Assembly (NCBI GenBank): GCA_026396995.1
Contig: JAPLVS010000045.1
Coordinates: 31,519 to 95,518 of the forward strand
DNA length: 64,000 nucleotides
Direction of reading: 5' to 3'
DNA from: Candidatus Iainarchaeum sp.
Lineage (GTDB): Archaea > Iainarchaeota > Iainarchaeia > Iainarchaeales > DTGL01
The notes below the pieces were generated by a model. That model was given only the letters and a program-made list of their open reading frames with translations, did not search any database and was not told where the DNA came from. Numbering within the stretch: the stretch's first letter is position 1; each line of letters starts with the position of its first letter. The position numbers and the translations under genes were made by a program. Shown here in pieces: positions 1 through 8,354 of the stretch.

Positions 1-163
1 TGCGGCCTCCCTCATAGTCGCTGATTGTCGAAGAACTGACCTTCAAAAATTCCGCGAGTTCTGTCTGTGAAATGCCGAAGATTTCGCGCCATTTTTTCAT
101 GCTGCCGCCTGGGTCTTTGGATAGGGTGATTTCCCCGGCAATCGTAACCGCAAGCTTCTCCAT
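1..163 (-). CDS. Partial CDS (N-terminal part, gene continues beyond window start): helix-turn-helix XRE-family regulator
   Basis: Reverse translation from ATG at ~163 gives MEKLAVTIAGEITLSKDPGGSMKKWREIFGISQTELAEFLKVSSSTISDYEGGR, a classic HTH_3 (XRE/MBF1-like) helix-turn-helix signature; not in ORF table because truncated by window edge. Confidence 0.5.
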   Translation of the reverse strand, partial: MEKLAVTIAGEITLSKDPGGSMKKWREIFGISQTELAEFLKVSSSTISDYEGGR

Positions 164-330
164 GCTAAAAATAGGGCAAGGCAAACTTAAAAAACGTTTC
201 GTCAATCGTCCTCCCTGAAAAGATGTTTTGTCGAACCTGCCAGCGGGTTTTTTTGCCTTGTGTTTTTTTCCTTACCGAAGACTTTTTTAACAGTTAATGG
301 CAAATATAACTGTATTAACCGAGGTGTTTT

Positions 331-795
331 TTGATGGCATTTTTTAGAAGGGTTCCAAAGGGAACCACCGGGGAAAGACTTCTGATTTCAAAACGCGGAA
401 TAGTCCGCGAGCAACAGCCTGTGAAAGACAAGGAGGCCAAGAAGCCGAATTTAATCGCTTCTGCAAGGTTCGGCGAAGCCAGACGGGTGCTTGCAGCCCA
501 ATCGATTCCGGCTGAAAACATCAAGCAAATCGGCAAAACAGGAATTCTTGCCTTAAAGGACAAATCGGGAAATTTAGGGCTTGTTGTGCCTGAAGGTTCC
601 TTTGTCAGCAACAGGGAGGTTGTCGGCGTGGTTTCAAGGGTTCGGGAAACCCAAATGGTGGTAACGCCCAGGTTTGCATTAAAATATGCACGTCTGGGTA
701 AGAGATATGTGAGTTACGAAGGGAAAAAAATTACTGTTAAAGCTGACGCCAAAGGCGAAACCGGCTGGTTCCAGGTCGGCATACTGCTGAAATAA
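331..795 (+). CDS. Hypothetical protein (154 aa), basic, no recognisable motif
   Basis: ORF with TTG/ATG start, coding-like composition; overlapping antisense ORF 315..611 looks less protein-like. Confidence 0.35.
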   Translation: MMAFFRRVPKGTTGERLLISKRGIVREQQPVKDKEAKKPNLIASARFGEARRVLAAQSIPAENIKQIGKTGILALKDKSGNLGLVVPEGSFVSNREVVGVVSRVRETQMVVTPRFALKYARLGKRYVSYEGKKITVKADAKGETGWFQVGILLK

Positions 796-877
796 CAGCC
801 AAAGCCGCAATGACTTTTTTTATTGCTTAAAAGCAGTTTCTTTCTTTTTTTTCTTTTGGGCAAGTTAAGCAGTTTTT

Positions 878-958
878 CTTTCTTTTGGCCGCAGTCGTTT
901 TCTTTTCTTTCCGCAACTTACGCTTTCTTTTCTTTTCGTAAAAGAAAAGAAAGGGCAG
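878..958. repeat. A/T-rich 'aaagaaaag' palindromic element in 3' flank of tRNA-Arg(CCT)
   Basis: Hairpin ctttcttttcttttcgtaaaagaaaagaaag plus motif ttttcttttctttccgcaact, which recurs inside the tRNA-Ser(GGA) intron at ~53183..53205. Confidence 0.5.
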
Positions 959-961
959 GAG

Positions 962-1036
962 CGGGCCCGGTGGGATTTGAACCCACGACCCCCAGATTAG
1001 GAGTCTGGTGCTCTGTCCAAACTGAGCTACGGGTCC
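962..1036 (-). tRNA. tRNA-Arg (anticodon CCT)
   Basis: Reverse complement folds as cloverleaf: acceptor GGACCCG/CGGGCCC (one A-C mismatch), D arm GCTC-AGTTTGGAC-AGAGC, anticodon stem CCAGA/TCTGG with loop CTCCTAA, T arm GTGGG-TTCAAAT-CCCAC; no encoded CCA. Confidence 0.75.
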
Positions 1037-1110
1037 TTGCGGCCTTAACAGGCTTAGACTAATGATTTTCCTTGCAAAGATTTAAATAAACGGCATCTGT
1101 TATATTTGCG

Positions 1111-1890
1111 GTGTGTTTTTTTATGGGAAAAGTCGGTAAAAAGGCGGGTTTTTCTTTTTTGGTTTTTGCCCTCATTTTGTTGGGCATTGCGGTTTTTGCC
1201 GCCGTCCCCAAGTGTGCTGGGCAAACTGGTTTTGACAAGGATGACTGCATTGAGGCAAATGCCGTGACAGCGCAGGACTGCGCCGAGATTTTTTCAATTA
1301 GCCAGCAGGAAAATTGTATTTTAAGGGTGGCAAAGGAACCCAATGATTGCGAGTTAATTTCGAACGAAACAACCAAATGGCAGTGTGTCAAGGGCCTTTT
1401 TCCGGCTCTTGAATCTCTTGCAGACTGCACTAAGTTGCCCTCAAAGTATTTATCCAAATGTGAGGCGTTCGTAACTTTTCAGAACAATCCTGAGGACATT
1501 TCGGTCTGCTGGAAGTTGAAATATGATTCTCAGGAATACTGCGTTGAAGAATATGTGACGAACAGAAAAATTTCAGACCCGAATTTTTGCCTTGATGTCA
1601 AAGAGGATTTCCAAGCAAGATGTGCTTACCTTGCGACCTTGAACAAGTATGGCTTTGGCGCTGTCTTGGGCGAAACTGAAAAGGGCGCATGCGACACGTA
1701 CACAGGCAAAATCAAGGATGGCTGCGAGCAATATTTTGCTTTCAGCAGCGCTGCAAACGGAGCAATTGGCGGTTTTTTAACGGCAGGATTGATCTTCTTT
1801 GCGGCGATTGTCATTTTCGGGCTGGCGGCAATCGTAATAGTAATCTATGTTCTGACAAGGAAAAAAGGTCAACCTGAAAAGCCAAAATAA
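1111..1890 (+). CDS. Cys-rich repeat surface protein with C-terminal TM anchor (paralogue family with 14306..15202 and 60711..61436)
   Basis: N-terminal hydrophobic signal, repeated D-x3-C-x8-10-C-(Y/I) units (e.g. DPNFCLDVKEDFQARCAYLATL), C-terminal hydrophobic helix GLIFFAAIVIFGLAAIVIVIYVL followed by basic tail. Confidence 0.55.
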   Translation: MCFFMGKVGKKAGFSFLVFALILLGIAVFAAVPKCAGQTGFDKDDCIEANAVTAQDCAEIFSISQQENCILRVAKEPNDCELISNETTKWQCVKGLFPALESLADCTKLPSKYLSKCEAFVTFQNNPEDISVCWKLKYDSQEYCVEEYVTNRKISDPNFCLDVKEDFQARCAYLATLNKYGFGAVLGETEKGACDTYTGKIKDGCEQYFAFSSAANGAIGGFLTAGLIFFAAIVIFGLAAIVIVIYVLTRKKGQPEKPK

Positions 1891-1941
1891 ACCGATTTCG
1901 CTAAAGATTTAAATAAAAAGGCTTTTTGCCTTTCTTTTGGC

Positions 1942-2673
1942 ATGAAAATTGGTCTTTTGGCGCTTTTGCTTTTGCTTTTCCCTTTTTTCGCGGGCGCAGC
2001 ATATTATGCCGACATATCTGTTGATGTGGGTTCGGACGGCATTTCAACCCTTTCCGGCACCACAAACCATCCTGCGCTTGCTGCAGGGCAGAGCAGCGAG
2101 TTCACTTCCAAGGAAGGCAAGTACTGGCTTTTTTCCATTGACTTGAACGAGCAGTTTTCCGATTTTGTTTTTTCTGTGCTTTTGCCTGAGGGTGCATCAA
2201 TAAATTACGCCAAGGGCCCATCTGTCCGCATCGAGACAGAGAACGGCAGGATTGCTGTGAAAGGCGTCGGCAGCAACGGGCCTTTTTCCCTCAAAATACA
2301 GTATTCCCTTGAGGCGGACCAGAAAGAGCCCTTGATTCCATTGTGGGGTTATGTGCTGCTTTTGTTCGCGCTCTTTATTGCGGCAAGCTACCTGATTTTA
2401 AGGTACAAAAAGAAAAATTCTGAACCGATTGAAAAACCAAGGAAGAAAGGCTTGTCCGAAAAGGAAAAGGCTTCGCTCACAGAAAGGCAGCTTGCAATAA
2501 TCGGAATAGTTGAAAAAAACAAGGGCTTTGTTTCCCAGAAAAAAGTGGAAGAAGAATTGGGAATTCCCAAATCCTCGGTTTCAAGGAATGTGGAAGCGCT
2601 CGTGAAAAGAGGCTATTTGAAAAAGGAAGAGAAGGGCATGACCAACATGCTTTTCCTTGTAGAAACCAAGTAG
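1942..2673 (+). CDS. Membrane-spanning transcription regulator: extracytoplasmic domain - TM - C-terminal MarR-like winged HTH
   Basis: Signal/anchor MKIGLLALLLLLFPFFAGA, TM helix LWGYVLLLFALFIAASYLIL, then basic stretch and wHTH TERQLAIIGIVEKNKGFVSQKKVEEELGIPKSSVSRNVEALVKRGYL. Confidence 0.55.
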   Translation: MKIGLLALLLLLFPFFAGAAYYADISVDVGSDGISTLSGTTNHPALAAGQSSEFTSKEGKYWLFSIDLNEQFSDFVFSVLLPEGASINYAKGPSVRIETENGRIAVKGVGSNGPFSLKIQYSLEADQKEPLIPLWGYVLLLFALFIAASYLILRYKKKNSEPIEKPRKKGLSEKEKASLTERQLAIIGIVEKNKGFVSQKKVEEELGIPKSSVSRNVEALVKRGYLKKEEKGMTNMLFLVETK

Positions 2674-2773
2674 TTCTGGCTTGTTCCGCCTTGTTCCGCT
2701 GTTTTCCGCAAAAACCTAATTAAGCGTTCCGCCGCAATACTTCCAACAAACAAAAACCAAAGGAGGGCTGAAA

Positions 2774-3982
2774 ATGAAGAAACAATATTTTGTCCTTCTG
2801 CTTGTGCTGCTGGCGGCATTGATTTTGCCGGCAGTGTTTGCGGAAGACGAAAATGCAACGCCGGCGCCGACAGCAACGCCGGAAATTACGCCGACGCCTG
2901 AGGAAACGCCTGAACCGACCCCTTTCCCGGAAGGGATAGACCCTGAAACAGGCGAGCCTATAATGGACATGGAAACATCACTGGAAATAGAGTCCATGGG
3001 TTCAGGCATTGGGGCGCAGGTAAGGCTGCTTCAGTTGGAGAAATCCATTCTAAAGAGAGTCATTGCCGGCGAGCAAGCAATAGAATGGATAAAAGCAAAT
3101 AGGCCGGCAACCGATGTCAATAACCTTGAAGCTATCCTTGCTGAATTGAAGACTGTGAAGGACGAGGTCAAGGCCGAATATGATTCGGTCAAGGCAAACG
3201 GGGTTGACGGGAATACTGTAAAGGCTTTTGTCGACCTCAAAAATGACGCGAGGAGCCTTGTCAAGCAGTTCAGGGATGCTGGAAAGGACATCGTTGTGGA
3301 GCAAGGCTATAAGGAATTTATGAAAGCCCTGGAGGGGGATGCGGAAGTAGCGGCGCTTACTTCCGAAATCAAGGAAGCCGCACAGGAATTCAACGCCCAA
3401 AGGCTTGAGGAATTCTTTTCGAAACTGGAGGAAAGCCAGGCAGGCCTGATAGCCAAAGTCAGGAGCGGGGAAATCACCCTCAAAGAAGCCAAAGACCAGA
3501 TAAAGGAATTCCTTAAAGGGCTTGACTCCGCCCCGAAAGGAAAGGCATTCCAGTGGCTGAAAGAAGCCGGCGCAAAAAAGCGCGTTTTCGGGCAGGCCAA
3601 GGCACAGGAGGCAAAAAACCAGTTCCTTGAAAGGCGCGTAAACAGGCTCCAGGAAAGGATTGAAGACCTGAACAAAAATCCAAGAGTTGGCGAAGTTGCC
3701 CAAAACATAATGGACCGGGTAAAGGAACGCATTCAGGGCAGGATACATGATATGAACTTAGGTCCTCACGGGCAAAACCAGAGTCCCGGTGATTGGAATG
3801 CAGGCCAGAACGGCGGGCTTTGGGCTGAAGACATGAACCAGCCTGATGACCAGAACTGGCCTGATGGCCAGGGCGGGCAGCCGAACCAGAACGGCGGGCA
3901 TGGGTTGCAGGATAATCACTGGGACCAGAATGAGCCGCCTGACCAGAACAACGGCCACGACGGCGAGCCGGAGGGGTGGTGA
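2774..3982 (+). CDS. Secreted protein with Pro/Thr-rich linker, coiled-coil region and Q/N/G-rich C-terminus
   Basis: Signal peptide MKKQYFVLLLVLLAALILPAVFA; TPAPTATPEITPTPEETPEPTP linker; long helical Lys/Glu-rich core; C-terminal QN-rich low-complexity tail; RBS-like aaaggaggg upstream. Confidence 0.5.
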   Translation: MKKQYFVLLLVLLAALILPAVFAEDENATPAPTATPEITPTPEETPEPTPFPEGIDPETGEPIMDMETSLEIESMGSGIGAQVRLLQLEKSILKRVIAGEQAIEWIKANRPATDVNNLEAILAELKTVKDEVKAEYDSVKANGVDGNTVKAFVDLKNDARSLVKQFRDAGKDIVVEQGYKEFMKALEGDAEVAALTSEIKEAAQEFNAQRLEEFFSKLEESQAGLIAKVRSGEITLKEAKDQIKEFLKGLDSAPKGKAFQWLKEAGAKKRVFGQAKAQEAKNQFLERRVNRLQERIEDLNKNPRVGEVAQNIMDRVKERIQGRIHDMNLGPHGQNQSPGDWNAGQNGGLWAEDMNQPDDQNWPDGQGGQPNQNGGHGLQDNHWDQNEPPDQNNGHDGEPEGW

Positions 3983-3986
3983 AAAA

Positions 3987-4193
3987 ATGAAAGCACTCTT
4001 TGCGATCGCCGGATTGCTTTTGGTTTTTGCCTTCCTTGCGGGATGTGCACAGCAGGCAGGCCTTGGCGGGCAGACGCCCACTCCGACCGCAACACCGCAG
4101 CTTTCCGAACAGGAACAGACCCAAGCGGTCGACGAGTTCAACAACGGCCTGATAGATGCGAACCAAGAAATAGACATTGGGGAACTGACTTAG
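3987..4193 (+). CDS. Small lipoprotein-like protein (~68 aa)
   Basis: MKALFAIAGLLLVFAFLAGC lipobox-like signal followed by PT-rich stretch; starts 5 nt after previous stop. Confidence 0.4.
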   Translation: MKALFAIAGLLLVFAFLAGCAQQAGLGGQTPTPTATPQLSEQEQTQAVDEFNNGLIDANQEIDIGELT

Positions 4194-4230
4194 GTCATTC
4201 CCTTTTTTTATTTTTTTCTTTTTCTTGTTT

Positions 4231-5232
4231 TTATTTGGCTTTTTGAGTTCTTCTGGCAGGCTTGAATTGGGCTTTTGATGTCTGGAATCTCCTCCTTTGC
4301 GAGGAAGGATGCAGGTGCCATCCAGGCTTTCTGGGTTCCAATATCTTTGAAACTCTCCTCAACTCAGCCAGCGCACTATACACTCCGCTTCCTTGGGCAA
4401 ACACTCTGTATTTCTTTAAATTAGCAGCATTCATTAACAAAGCCACTCTCCTAGGAAGGTCCATGTACTCAACCCAAAGAGGATCCTCTTGCAGGACATT
4501 GTCACTTCTTCTCATGGGGTTTATAGTGGCGGTCGGAATCAAGTCTGGAGTCAAAGCGTAATTCCATTTTCCCAGCCCTGCAGTAAATCTAACACATACC
4601 CCCCTCAATGCCAGCTGGGTCCTTATTGCCTTCTTGAAATCATTTCCCAGAATGGAAAATTCAAAGCCTGGCTTGCCTTTAAAGTAGCCGGAACCCAATT
4701 CGTTTTCAAGAAGATAAACTGCATTTGCCATAAGCGGGTTTTTTTCAAGGTCTTTTCCTTTCACCCCCAATGAATTCAATGTTGTTTCTATTAGTGGAAG
4801 CGTCATTTTTATCGTTGTGACGGCCGCTATATCTTTTCCCTTTGATTGATTTGCCGCTTTGGCGGTATCCGCTAAATTTATGATATTTTTCGCTATCCCA
4901 AGTTCCGCTCTTGCCTTGTCACCGAGAAATTTTTCCTTTCCCCGCCCTACTTTTTCAAGTGCCTGCTCGAGTTTGAGGACTTCCATGGACAAACCTGGAA
5001 ACACCCTATAATTTTTGTCAAGATTAATTTCTCTGCAAAGTTCTCGGGTTTCCTTTATTGTTCTTTCTGTTTCTGGGCCAAAAGGATCTCTATTTCCAGA
5101 CGGCAATTGTCTCCAACAAAAGTTGATGCCAGTCATCACTCTTTGCACTCGGTCTTCCAATTGCAGCGCTTTTGAAGGCTCGGGCACATACCTCTGCGCT
5201 GCTTTTGAAGGTTTAGCTCTGTCACTTGCCAT
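4231..5232 (-). CDS. Hypothetical protein (333 aa)
   Basis: Long ORF with coding-like composition; no motif I can assign confidently. Confidence 0.45.
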   Translation of the reverse strand: MASDRAKPSKAAQRYVPEPSKALQLEDRVQRVMTGINFCWRQLPSGNRDPFGPETERTIKETRELCREINLDKNYRVFPGLSMEVLKLEQALEKVGRGKEKFLGDKARAELGIAKNIINLADTAKAANQSKGKDIAAVTTIKMTLPLIETTLNSLGVKGKDLEKNPLMANAVYLLENELGSGYFKGKPGFEFSILGNDFKKAIRTQLALRGVCVRFTAGLGKWNYALTPDLIPTATINPMRRSDNVLQEDPLWVEYMDLPRRVALLMNAANLKKYRVFAQGSGVYSALAELRRVSKILEPRKPGWHLHPSSQRRRFQTSKAQFKPARRTQKAK

Positions 5233-5268
5233 AATATATCCAATCCGCAGATTATTTTATTTTCTTTT

Positions 5269-6024
5269 TTATTCCCTTACTTCTATTCTTTTCACGTATT
5301 TTTCGAGGATTTTTGCCATTCCCTGGAGGACTTCAACAGGATATGGCTGTATTTCCCTGAACTTGTCATCAACCAATGGAACTTCGTTCACGAACTGCTG
5401 CAATGCGAAAAACCTTGCGCCTTTCACGAGCTCGCCTATTTTTTCTATGTCTTCAAGGCAGACAAGGGTGGGCACGACAGTTGTCCTGAACTCGTAATCC
5501 ACTTTCCCTTCTTTCAATAATTCAATGCTTTCCTTCACAGCGTCAAGGTCCACGTGCACGTTTGCTATGGCATCATACCTTTCCAGCGGCGCCTTGACAT
5601 CCATTGCGACGTAATCGACCATTTTTTCATTTATGAGCTCGCGCAGGAGCGCGGGATTCGTGCCATTCGTGTCAAGTTTCACTTTAAGGCCTAACTCTTT
5701 CACCTGCGTGATGAAGAATTTGAGGCCGCCGTGGACTGTCGGCTCGCCGCCTGAAATGCAAACGCCTTCCAGGTATTTTTTCCTGCCTTTCAAAAACTCG
5801 AGCGCTTCCTTTTCGCTTATTTCCCTTGTTTCTTTTTCCAGGACAAGCGAGGGGTTCTGGCAGAACCCGCACCTGAAATTGCATTTGTCGACAAAAAGTG
5901 TTGTGGCAATATGGGAAGGGTAATCTATAAGCGTTGTTTTCTGCAATCCCCTGAAAATCATTCCATGCACCAAAACCAGGCTGCCATCCGGCTTTCGCTT
6001 GGTCCGCAGTTCATTTGGCTTCAA
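5269..6024 (-). CDS. nrdG: Anaerobic ribonucleoside-triphosphate reductase activating protein (radical SAM)
   Basis: CNFRCGFC radical-SAM cysteine triad near N-terminus, GGEPT motif, located immediately downstream of nrdD; TTG start in table, true start may be the internal Met (MIFRGL). Confidence 0.85.
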   Translation of the reverse strand: MKPNELRTKRKPDGSLVLVHGMIFRGLQKTTLIDYPSHIATTLFVDKCNFRCGFCQNPSLVLEKETREISEKEALEFLKGRKKYLEGVCISGGEPTVHGGLKFFITQVKELGLKVKLDTNGTNPALLRELINEKMVDYVAMDVKAPLERYDAIANVHVDLDAVKESIELLKEGKVDYEFRTTVVPTLVCLEDIEKIGELVKGARFFALQQFVNEVPLVDDKFREIQPYPVEVLQGMAKILEKYVKRIEVRE

Positions 6025-6241
6025 CTGCCGGCCTTGCTTTTGCCTTTATTTTGCAGTCCTCTTCTTCTCTGTCAACTGCTTTTTTTTCTGAGAATGTCTT
6101 CCTGTCCTCAAATTCCTGCGCTTTCCCTATGTTCCATTGCTGGACAGGCCTGTAATAGCCTACAACCCTTGAATATACTTCGGTGTTTTTTCCGCATTTT
6201 GTCATTGTTTCACCTCTTTGGCCGGTTCTCCTGCCTGGCAT
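6011..6241 (-). CDS. Detached C-terminal glycyl-radical domain of class III RNR (NrdD C-terminal fragment)
   Basis: MTKCGKNTEVYSRVVGYYRPVQQWNIGKAQEFEDRK matches the NrdD C-terminal Zn-Cys / glycyl-radical loop (R-V-x-G-Y), but with V in place of the usual C; starts ~24 nt downstream of the nrdD body stop. Confidence 0.7.
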   Translation of the reverse strand: MPGRRTGQRGETMTKCGKNTEVYSRVVGYYRPVQQWNIGKAQEFEDRKTFSEKKAVDREEEDCKIKAKARPAVEAK

Positions 6242-6265
6242 TTCCCGGTGTTTTTCCGCAGCCGG

Positions 6266-8269
6266 TCATTGTTTCACTTCTGCGGCCTTGGTTTCCCTGG
6301 CTTCCTGCACTTCAACAGGGCATGCATAATGCTTTCCTGAAAGGTAGCCGTGCACAGGGCAGATGCTGAAGGTCGGCGTTATTGTAAAGTATGGGAGCTT
6401 GAAGTTATAAGCGATTGTTTTCACCAGTTTCTTGCAGGATTCACCTGAACTCATCCTTTCCCCCAAAAACCCGTGCAAGACTGTTCCCCCGGTGTACTTG
6501 CACTGCAGCTCATCCTGGTGTTCCAATGCGTCGAAAATGTCGTCTGTGAAATCCACAGGCAATTGCGTCGAATTCGTGTAATACGGCGCTTCCTTTGTGC
6601 CGGCCGTGATTATGTCCGGGTAATTGTCCCTGTCGATTCTTGCAAGCCTGTATGAAGTGCCTTCGGCCGGCGTTGCTTCAAGATTGTAAATGTTTGTTGT
6701 TTCCTCTTGGAAGTCCTTGAGCTTTCCGCGCATGAAATCCAGCACTTTCAATGAAAATTTCCTGCCTTCCTTGGACGCGATGTTTTCGCCGAGGAAATTC
6801 AGGCAGCATTCGTTCATGCCGTTAAGGCCTATGGTTGCAAAGTGGAAATCGAAAGTGCCGAGATATCTTTTTGACCATGGCAGGAGGCCGTCCTTCATGT
6901 TCTTTTCGACTTCTTTCCTCTTGATTTCGAGAGCTTCTTTTGCCAGATACATGAGATAATCGAGCCTTTCAAAGAAATCGCTTTCGTCCTTTGAGAGGTA
7001 GCCGAGCTGCGGCATGTTGATTGTCACAACTCCGATAGAGCCTGTCTTTTCCCCTGAACCGAATAGGCCGCCTGTCTTGGCTTTGAGTTCCCTCACGTCG
7101 AGCTGAAGCCTGCAGCACATGCTTCTCACGTCATGCGGCTTGAGCGATGAATTGATGAAGTTTTGGAAATAGGGCGTGCCGTATTTTGCAGTCATTTCGA
7201 ACAGGAGGTTTGAGTTCTCGCTGTTCCAATCGAAATCCCTTGTGATGTTGTATGTTGGTATGGGAAATGTGAAAATCCTTCCGTTCATGTCGCCTTTTGT
7301 CATTACTTCGATGAATGCCTTGTTTACCATGTCCATTTCATCCTGGAATTCGGAATAAGTTTCCTTTAGTTCCCCGCCGCCCCAGACCGCTGGCGTTCCC
7401 TTCATGTCTTCCGGCACAGTCCAGTCGAGCGTGATGTTTGTGAACGGAACCTGGTTGCCCCACCTTGAAGTCGCATTGATTGCGAAAACGAATTCCTGCA
7501 GGCTCTGCTTCACCCTTTCATAATCCAGGTTGTCTTTTGCTGCAAGCGGGGCAAGGTAAGTGTCGAAGGAAGAAAATGCCTGGGCTCCTGCCCATTCGTT
7601 CTGCATTGTGCCCATAAAGTTGACCATCTGGCCAAGTGCGGCGTTGAAGTGCTTTGCAGGCTTTGCTGCAATCCTTCCGGGAACGCCATTGAAGCCTTCC
7701 TCGAGAAGCTGCCTTAACGACCAGCCGGCGCAATATGCCGCAAATGTCCCAACCCCTAAATCGTGGAGATGGAATGCAGCGGTCTTGTGCATTTTCCCGA
7801 TTTCAGGGGGATAAATGTATTTGAGCGCATACTCTGAAACAATCGAATCTGAAATGTGCGCCTGCAGTCCGCTCAGGGAATAGGACGCGTTGCTGTTTTC
7901 CTTCACGCGCCATGATTTTTCCAAAACATATTCGTCTATTATGCTCGATGCCTTTTCCAAAAACGCCTTTGTGTCCCTTATCCTGTTGCGTTCGGCCCTG
8001 TAAAGTATGAAAGCCTTTGCTGTCTGGGCATGCCCGCTCTCGATCAGTTCCTTTTCCACTTCATCCTGGATTTGCTCGACTGTCGGAACTTTAGTGCCGA
8101 ATTTTTTCTTCAGCCTGTAAACAACGCGGTCGGAAAGCTTTCTTGCAGTCTCGCGGTCCTTGCCGCCAACCGCCTTTGCAGACTTAAAAATAGCTTCCTC
8201 GATTTTTTCCCGCTGGAAGGGCACGATGCGGCCGTCGCGCTTCTTGACCTTCTCTAAAAATCTCTTCAT
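6266..8269 (-). CDS. nrdD: Anaerobic ribonucleoside-triphosphate reductase (class III), catalytic body lacking its glycyl-radical tail
   Basis: N-terminal ATP-cone (MKRFLEKVKKRDGRIVPFQREKIEEAIFKSAKAV), long body with class III RNR-like conserved blocks, ends ...CPVHGYLSGKHYACPVEVQEARETKAAEVKQ just before the expected CxxC/RVCGY region. Confidence 0.9.
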   Translation of the reverse strand: MKRFLEKVKKRDGRIVPFQREKIEEAIFKSAKAVGGKDRETARKLSDRVVYRLKKKFGTKVPTVEQIQDEVEKELIESGHAQTAKAFILYRAERNRIRDTKAFLEKASSIIDEYVLEKSWRVKENSNASYSLSGLQAHISDSIVSEYALKYIYPPEIGKMHKTAAFHLHDLGVGTFAAYCAGWSLRQLLEEGFNGVPGRIAAKPAKHFNAALGQMVNFMGTMQNEWAGAQAFSSFDTYLAPLAAKDNLDYERVKQSLQEFVFAINATSRWGNQVPFTNITLDWTVPEDMKGTPAVWGGGELKETYSEFQDEMDMVNKAFIEVMTKGDMNGRIFTFPIPTYNITRDFDWNSENSNLLFEMTAKYGTPYFQNFINSSLKPHDVRSMCCRLQLDVRELKAKTGGLFGSGEKTGSIGVVTINMPQLGYLSKDESDFFERLDYLMYLAKEALEIKRKEVEKNMKDGLLPWSKRYLGTFDFHFATIGLNGMNECCLNFLGENIASKEGRKFSLKVLDFMRGKLKDFQEETTNIYNLEATPAEGTSYRLARIDRDNYPDIITAGTKEAPYYTNSTQLPVDFTDDIFDALEHQDELQCKYTGGTVLHGFLGERMSSGESCKKLVKTIAYNFKLPYFTITPTFSICPVHGYLSGKHYACPVEVQEARETKAAEVKQ

Positions 8270-8354
8270 GCCCCCACTCTCTGCGCGAAAAAATCGTGCG
8301 TATTGAATAACTCAACCAACATTTAAAAAGGTTTGCAGAAATTCGAATTTCAAA

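Noticed and set aside
3050-4177. Several minus-strand ORFs (3050..3748, 3307..3732, 3513..4166, 3758..4177)
   Set aside because: All are antisense to the 2774..3982 secreted-protein gene and the small lipoprotein. No motifs. Mutually overlapping.
4231-5232. Nop5/Nop56 assignment for this ORF (because fibrillarin is nearby)
   Set aside because: The sequence lacks the NOP-domain signature. The true Nop5 with GAEKALFQHL...KHGYIFQHP is at 10937..11764.
6242-6268. Possibility that the TGA between nrdD body and tail is a selenocysteine/recoding site
   Set aside because: NrdD is not a known selenoprotein. No SECIS-like hairpin is apparent in the region. The junction instead shows a tandem duplication with indels. 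Kept as split gene or pseudogene.
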